The notes beneath the pieces are model-generated. The model searched no databases. It was given only the letters and a program-made list of their open reading frames with translations, and was not told where the DNA came from. 64,000 bases of DNA from an uncultured Clostridia bacterium (GTDB taxonomy: Bacteria; Bacillota; Clostridia; TANB77; CAG-508), in contig CALXNM010000001.1 in NCBI GenBank assembly GCA_944389745.1, positions 26,815 through 90,814 of the forward strand. The letters are read 5' to 3'. Below, piece after piece: positions 59,021-64,000 of the stretch. Positions within the stretch are counted from its first letter, which is position 1. Every line of letters begins with the position of its first letter. The position numbers were made by a program, and so were the translations under genes.

Positions 59021-60061
59021 TTAATCATATGATTCTAACACTTCTATTTTAAATCTACCTGGTTTTATGTCATCATCTTTTTCTATGACTACATCTACAT
59101 CATATGTTTCTTTTAATTTTAATATGTTTTCTTTTTTATGTCCTATAATATTATTTATATTAAAATCATTTGCTCTTATTTTTACTTTTTTTACTTTTGC
59201 ATTTACTTTTTTTATTTCATTTACAATAGAATCATACCACATACTTGATTCTACTAATTGTCTAAATGCTGGATGGTATGGACCAGCAACTACACTGCTT
59301 TTTTCTGAGCTTGGATCTGTAATTTCTTCTGTATTTTGAAGTCCAATTCTTATAACTGTTATTTTATTTCTATTAAATAAATCTACAACAGCTTTACATC
59401 TTTCAACTGCTTGTCCCACTGTTAAAGGAGTATATTCTCCTCTATAATATTCATCAGCAAGCTCAGTATCTTTTATAACTAATACTGGATATACTCTCAC
59501 AATTTTAGGTTTTAATTTAATTAATTCTTTAGCTGTATTTATTTCATCTTGTTTTGTACTTTCTGGAAGTCCTATCATCATTTGATGACCTAGTACAAAT
59601 CCATATCTTCTAATTAATTTAGAGGCTTTTACTACATCTTCACCAGTATGTCCTCTTTTACATTTGCTTAGTATGTAGTTGTTTGTTGATTGAACACCTA
59701 ATTCTATTGTTTTTACATGGTATTTTTTCATTCTTTTTAATATCTCTTTATCAATACAATCAGGTCTAGTTGATATTCTTATACTATTTACTTTTTTGTC
59801 TTTAATATATTTATGCGCTGCTTCTAGAAGTTCTATTTGTTTTTCTTCATCTATAGCAGTAAAACTGCCTCCAAAAAATGCGACTTCAACATATTTATGA
59901 TTATCTTTAAAGTTTTTTAAATAATATTCTATTGTTTCTTCAACATCTTTTGCTGTTACCATTTTTGTTTGTCCACTTATTCTTTTTTGATTGCAAAAAG
60001 TACAATTATTTGGACAACCTAAATGTGGAACAAATATTGGTATAATGTATTCTTTTTTCAT
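59021..60061 (-). CDS. Radical SAM protein (ELP3-like radical SAM domain only)
   Basis: CPNNCTFC is a CxxxCxxC motif near the N-terminus, in a TIM-barrel-length body. It lies immediately downstream of rnc. Confidence 0.82.
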   Translation of the reverse strand: MKKEYIIPIFVPHLGCPNNCTFCNQKRISGQTKMVTAKDVEETIEYYLKNFKDNHKYVEVAFFGGSFTAIDEEKQIELLEAAHKYIKDKKVNSIRISTRPDCIDKEILKRMKKYHVKTIELGVQSTNNYILSKCKRGHTGEDVVKASKLIRRYGFVLGHQMMIGLPESTKQDEINTAKELIKLKPKIVRVYPVLVIKDTELADEYYRGEYTPLTVGQAVERCKAVVDLFNRNKITVIRIGLQNTEEITDPSSEKSSVVAGPYHPAFRQLVESSMWYDSIVNEIKKVNAKVKKVKIRANDFNINNIIGHKKENILKLKETYDVDVVIEKDDDIKPGRFKIEVLESYD

Positions 60062-60081
60062 ATATTAAAGTCACCTTCCTT

Positions 60082-60756
60082 TTATTGTAATTTTTCTAGT
60101 GCTTTTCCTGCCGCATTCATTTCTGCATGTTTTTTTGTTTTACCTTCTCCTATAGCTAATTCCTTTCCATTCACTTCGACTTTTACAGTAAATGTTTTAT
60201 CATGATCTGGTCCTGATTCTTTTATAACTGTATATTTTATTGAGACTTCTCCATTTTCTTGCAACTTTTCTTGTAACACTGTTTTATGATCTTTCATTCC
60301 AACATGTTTAGTCGATTTTTCTATTGCATCTTTTAGATTTGTAATTATAAATTTTTCTGCTTCGTTTAATCCTCCATCAAAATATATTGCTGCTATTGTA
60401 GCTTCTATACTATCTGCTAAGATGGCTGTTTTTAAATTTCCTTTATTATGTGCTTCACTTTTTCCTATCAAGATAAAATCACTAAAATTATGTGCTATTG
60501 CTATATTATATAAACTATCTTCACATACTACTTCCGCTCTAACTTTAGTCATTTCACCTTCCCTTAAGTTTTTATAATTGTTATATATATATTTACTTGA
60601 TATAAACTCAAGTATACTATCTCCTAAGAACTCTAACTTCTCATTGCTCTCTATTTTTTTCTCATATGCATATGATGTATGAGTTAAAGCTTGTCTCAAT
60701 AGTTCTTTATTTTTAAATGTATAGCTAATACTTTTTTCTAGCTTTTCAAAATCCAT
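60082..60756 (-). CDS. rnc: Ribonuclease III
   Basis: ALTHTSY...ERLEFLGDS-like signature (NEKLEFLGDSILEF) and a C-terminal dsRBD (DHDKTFTVKV). I place the start at MDFEKLEK (ATG 60756). Confidence 0.92.
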   Translation of the reverse strand: MDFEKLEKSISYTFKNKELLRQALTHTSYAYEKKIESNEKLEFLGDSILEFISSKYIYNNYKNLREGEMTKVRAEVVCEDSLYNIAIAHNFSDFILIGKSEAHNKGNLKTAILADSIEATIAAIYFDGGLNEAEKFIITNLKDAIEKSTKHVGMKDHKTVLQEKLQENGEVSIKYTVIKESGPDHDKTFTVKVEVNGKELAIGEGKTKKHAEMNAAGKALEKLQ

Positions 60757-60925
60757 TTTTTTATCCTTTCCGCTAAGTATTAATAAAACATCTATATTAT
60801 ACACCTTTTTTAGATAAAAAAAAAGATCTTTATACAAAAGATTTTCAGCATATTTCGACATTTTATTTTATAATTTTCATAGCAAAAAAAAACAAAGCAA
60901 TCATCCGATTACTCTGCTTTTGTAA

Positions 60926-61168
60926 TTATGCTATATGATCTTTTATATAGTCAACAACATCTCCAACAGAAACAACCTTTTCTGCATCGCTATCTGGTAT
61001 TTCTATGTCAAACTCTTCTTCAAGAGCCATTATTAATTCAACTATATCTAGAGAATCAGCTCCTAAATCATCTATAAATGATGCTTCCATTGTAACTGCT
61101 GTTTCAGCAACACCTAATTGTTCAACGATAATTCCTTTTACTTTTTCAAAAACTTCTTCTGAACTCAT
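60926..61168 (-). CDS. acpP: Acyl carrier protein
   Basis: [20 protein letters not shown] carries the phosphopantetheine-attachment Ser motif. Confidence 0.93.
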   Translation of the reverse strand: MSSEEVFEKVKGIIVEQLGVAETAVTMEASFIDDLGADSLDIVELIMALEEEFDIEIPDSDAEKVVSVGDVVDYIKDHIA

Positions 61169-61388
61169 TTACAAGTTCACCTCCTTAAATATTTTACTTG
61201 CTCTATTCTACCTAACAATAATACATATTAAATTAATTGTCAATATTTTTTATAAATTTTATTAAAATATTTCTTCAAGTATTGATATTTCAATATTTGT
61301 ATCGCTTGAATTTGTTTTTTTATTTTTGAACTTACCGTTCTAAATTGTATTATTTTCTGTTATCTATTTTTTATTCTTTGTTTTATTT

Positions 61389-62456
61389 CTAAGATTGTTT
61401 TACCTCTTCCTTTTCAATTTTTTCTTCCTTAGGTTCTTCTTTCTTTTCAAAAGCCTCAATCATTTTATCTACTGCTTTATTTTCAACAAATTGTTCTGCT
61501 TGTTTTATTGTGAATTCAAATAATTGTTCATCACTACTTCCATGTGCTTTTACAACTGGTTTTTTTACTCCTAGAAATAGTGCTCCTCCATATTCTTTAT
61601 AATCAACTGATTTAGAAAATTTCTTTATTGCTGGAAGGCTAGGTATTGCTGCTATTTTTGATAATAGGTTATGTGTTAAACTTTCAGTTAAAGTTCTTTT
61701 AACAAGCTTTCCTAATCCTTCTATTGATTTTAAGAATACATTACCTGTAAATCCATCTGTTACAAGAACATCTACTTTGCCAGAGAAAGCATCTCTACCC
61801 TCTACATTTCCAATGAAATTTATATCAACTTTTTCTGCATTTTCTTTTAATAATTTGTAACTTTCTTTTGTAAGTTCATTTCCTTTTGTTTCTTCTGTTC
61901 CTATATTTAATAAACCTACTGCTGGACTTTCCATATTAAAAGTGTTTTTTAGATAAATGCTTGCCATTTGTGCAAATTGTAATAAATTAATTGGTTTACA
62001 GTTTGTATTTGAACCACAATCTATAAGAAGTAATCTACTTTTATATGCTGGTAATATTCCAGCTAATGCAGGTCTATCTATTCCTTTGATTCTCCCTACT
62101 AAAAGTGTTGCTCCTGTAAGAAGTGCACCTGAGTTTCCTGCAGAAATAAATACATCACCTTCACCTGATTTTAGCATATTAAACCCAACAACCATTGATG
62201 AATCTTTTTTATGTTTAATTGCTTGTGTAGGTATATCTTCCATTTCTATTGTTTCTGTAGCATTTTTTATACTAAGTCTTGGTGATATATCATTTATATG
62301 ATCTTTTCCATATAATTCTTTTATTCTTTGTTTTATAATTTCTTCTTTTCCAATCAATACTACTTTTGCAGATATTTGATTAATTGCTTTTACCGCTCCC
62401 TTAATATTGGCATCTGGGGCATTATCTCCTCCCATTGCATCTAGTAAAATTATCAT
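61389..62456 (-). CDS. plsX: Phosphate acyltransferase PlsX
   Basis: MIILLDAMGGDNAP N-terminus and a full-length PlsX pattern, plus a Lys/Glu-rich C-terminal tail. Confidence 0.93.
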   Translation of the reverse strand: MIILLDAMGGDNAPDANIKGAVKAINQISAKVVLIGKEEIIKQRIKELYGKDHINDISPRLSIKNATETIEMEDIPTQAIKHKKDSSMVVGFNMLKSGEGDVFISAGNSGALLTGATLLVGRIKGIDRPALAGILPAYKSRLLLIDCGSNTNCKPINLLQFAQMASIYLKNTFNMESPAVGLLNIGTEETKGNELTKESYKLLKENAEKVDINFIGNVEGRDAFSGKVDVLVTDGFTGNVFLKSIEGLGKLVKRTLTESLTHNLLSKIAAIPSLPAIKKFSKSVDYKEYGGALFLGVKKPVVKAHGSSDEQLFEFTIKQAEQFVENKAVDKMIEAFEKKEEPKEEKIEKEEVKQS

Positions 62457-62692
62457 ATCTCATCCTCCAAAAAATATGAAGAATATAAAACTTCATATTA
62501 AAATGTAACATTATGCTTTTATTTTCAAACCTTATTTTATTACTTATATTGATTAAAGTCAATTATAAATTACTATATTTTATTATATAATTTGTTAAAT
62601 ATGTTTCTATTCACGGTTGCTTTTTGTCGAAACTAGAAAAAATACAAAAGATGTAATCTTTATATAAAATAAAAATTACATCTAAAGTTTTA

Positions 62693-63688
62693 TTATTTAT
62701 ATAAATAATTTTGTGGGTTTACTTCATTTCCATTTACTCTTACTTCAAAATGTAAGTGGTTTCCTGTTGAGTTCCCTGTTGAACCTACAGCTGCTATTAC
62801 ATCACCTGCTTCTATTTTTTGACCTGTAGAAACATATAATTTACTACAGTGTCCATAGTATGTTTCTATACCATTTCCATGTGACATTTTAACAACGTAT
62901 CCATATCCACCACTATATCCGGCAAATGTTACTGTACCACTTGCGGCAGCTTTTATTGATGTTCCATATGGTGCTGCTATATCTAGTCCTGTATGTCCAC
63001 TTGATCTTATACTTTCCCTACTTCCAAATCTGGATGTTATTACTCCAGATACCGGTGTTACTTGTAGGTAAACACCTTGTACAGTATGAGATTCTCTTTC
63101 TCTTTTTTCGGCTTCTTCTTTTTCTTTTTCCTCTACTGCTGTTTTTAAAGCATTATTTATTGTTTTTTTAGCAACCTTAACTGTATCTACATTTTTCTTT
63201 TCAGTTGTTATTACATTCTTAATACCTATTTTTAAATCTATATCGTCTTCATATTTTTCTGTCATTTCATCTACTAAATTTTCAGCTTTTTCTAAGCTAG
63301 TTAAAACGGCTTTTTGTTTACCATTTAAAGTCACGGCATATAATTCATAGGTTGTTTCAGAATCTTCTTCAAGTTTAGCAAGTATTGCTTCTTCATTTGT
63401 TTGCTCTGATTTATCAACTAAAGTAAGCTTATATTCTGGCATATCTTTTATTGTTGTATATAATTTTGCTGCTTCTTCTTTGTTTACTAATTCACTTATT
63501 TTTCCTTCAAATCTATCTTTGTCAGCAACATATCCTACTTTTTCACCTGCAATTGTTACCTCACAAACTATATTAAATTTGAATAAAACAATTATTGTTA
63601 ATATAAACAGTGCAATCGCTACTATATTTATAAGCCCAATTATCTCTTTTGTGTAGTATTTAATTTTCCTGTTTAAAATAAAATTCAC
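62693..63688 (-). CDS. M23 family peptidoglycan metalloendopeptidase
   Basis: N-terminal TM helix, with HTGLDIAAPYGT and GNSTGNHLHFEV zinc-ligand motifs. Confidence 0.88.
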   Translation of the reverse strand: MNFILNRKIKYYTKEIIGLINIVAIALFILTIIVLFKFNIVCEVTIAGEKVGYVADKDRFEGKISELVNKEEAAKLYTTIKDMPEYKLTLVDKSEQTNEEAILAKLEEDSETTYELYAVTLNGKQKAVLTSLEKAENLVDEMTEKYEDDIDLKIGIKNVITTEKKNVDTVKVAKKTINNALKTAVEEKEKEEAEKRERESHTVQGVYLQVTPVSGVITSRFGSRESIRSSGHTGLDIAAPYGTSIKAAASGTVTFAGYSGGYGYVVKMSHGNGIETYYGHCSKLYVSTGQKIEAGDVIAAVGSTGNSTGNHLHFEVRVNGNEVNPQNYLYK

Positions 63689-64000
63689 TCTCCTTTTTTT
63701 GACGTGACAAAGTTTATTATACTATATATTCTGCTCGTTTTCAAATTATATATTCTTTTCTCTCGCATTTTTGACATTTTTTAATCATTTGATTGATTTT
63801 GCATTTCAATTTATTCCATAGTTTCCTCTATTAAGCTCATTTTTTCTCCTTTTTTCTCTTTTTTTCAAAGGTTGACTTTTACCATTATATGCTATCTTAC
63901 TAGAAAAATTACAATATTTTGCTTTTTGATTATTGTATTAATATGAAAAAATAAACACTACTATATAGATATTATCTACTTAGCAGTGTTATAACTATTA

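Noticed and set aside
1-64000. CRISPR arrays, tRNA/rRNA genes, transposases, integrases, prophage or recognisable defence-system genes
   Set aside because: I scanned both strands and the ORF track. There are no repeat-spacer arrays, no cloverleaf-like GC-rich segments, and no recombinase, transposase or phage structural signatures. The two GC-rich cassettes have no associated mobility genes.

Overview
This is a very AT-rich chromosomal segment from a low-GC, spore-forming Firmicute. The class Clostridia is suggested by an alpha/beta-type SASP, dpaA, the ctsR-mcsA-mcsB-clpC operon, adhE, ldh and a T-box-controlled aspS-gatCAB operon. Most genes lie on the minus strand and are housekeeping. I found no tRNA, rRNA, CRISPR array, transposase or integrase. 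Identifiable genes include gltX (partial), rnj, a ROK kinase, a partial type IV pilus cluster (pilMN, pilO, pilin-like, pilD), uppP, ppa, a PLP transsulfuration enzyme, hlyIII, ldh, ctsR/mcsA/mcsB/clpC, a Cof phosphatase, ssp, hpf, rpsT, aspS, gatCAB, adhE, guaD, leuS, NUDIX, a family-4 UDG, an LD-carboxypeptidase, pgeF, addB, an LRR surface protein, ogg, yitT, a radical SAM gene, rnc, acpP, plsX and an M23 peptidase. The observations I consider most worth following up are these. (1) One ORF fuses diaminopimelate epimerase (DapF) to the meso-DAP-adding ligase MurE. (2) Two short, strikingly GC-rich single-gene cassettes sit in the AT-rich backbone, one encoding a nucleoside 2-deoxyribosyltransferase-like protein and one a GNAT, each with its own promoter and GC-rich terminator. 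(3) The promoter of the first cassette is a near-exact copy (28/29 nt) of a promoter 13.7 kb away that drives a short GC-rich terminated transcript. (4) A GC-rich ~28-nt hairpin repeat occurs three times, always in a short spacer between two same-strand genes. (5) A 747-aa protein contains three ~127-aa tandem repeats of HTH-like modules. (6) A plus-strand operon combines a small SpoT-type HD hydrolase with two nucleotide-kinase-like proteins. (7) There are two frameshifted genes, dpaA (with no dpaB) and a gltD/nfnB-like oxidoreductase. All functional calls rest on motif and family recognition by eye, and no database search was run.
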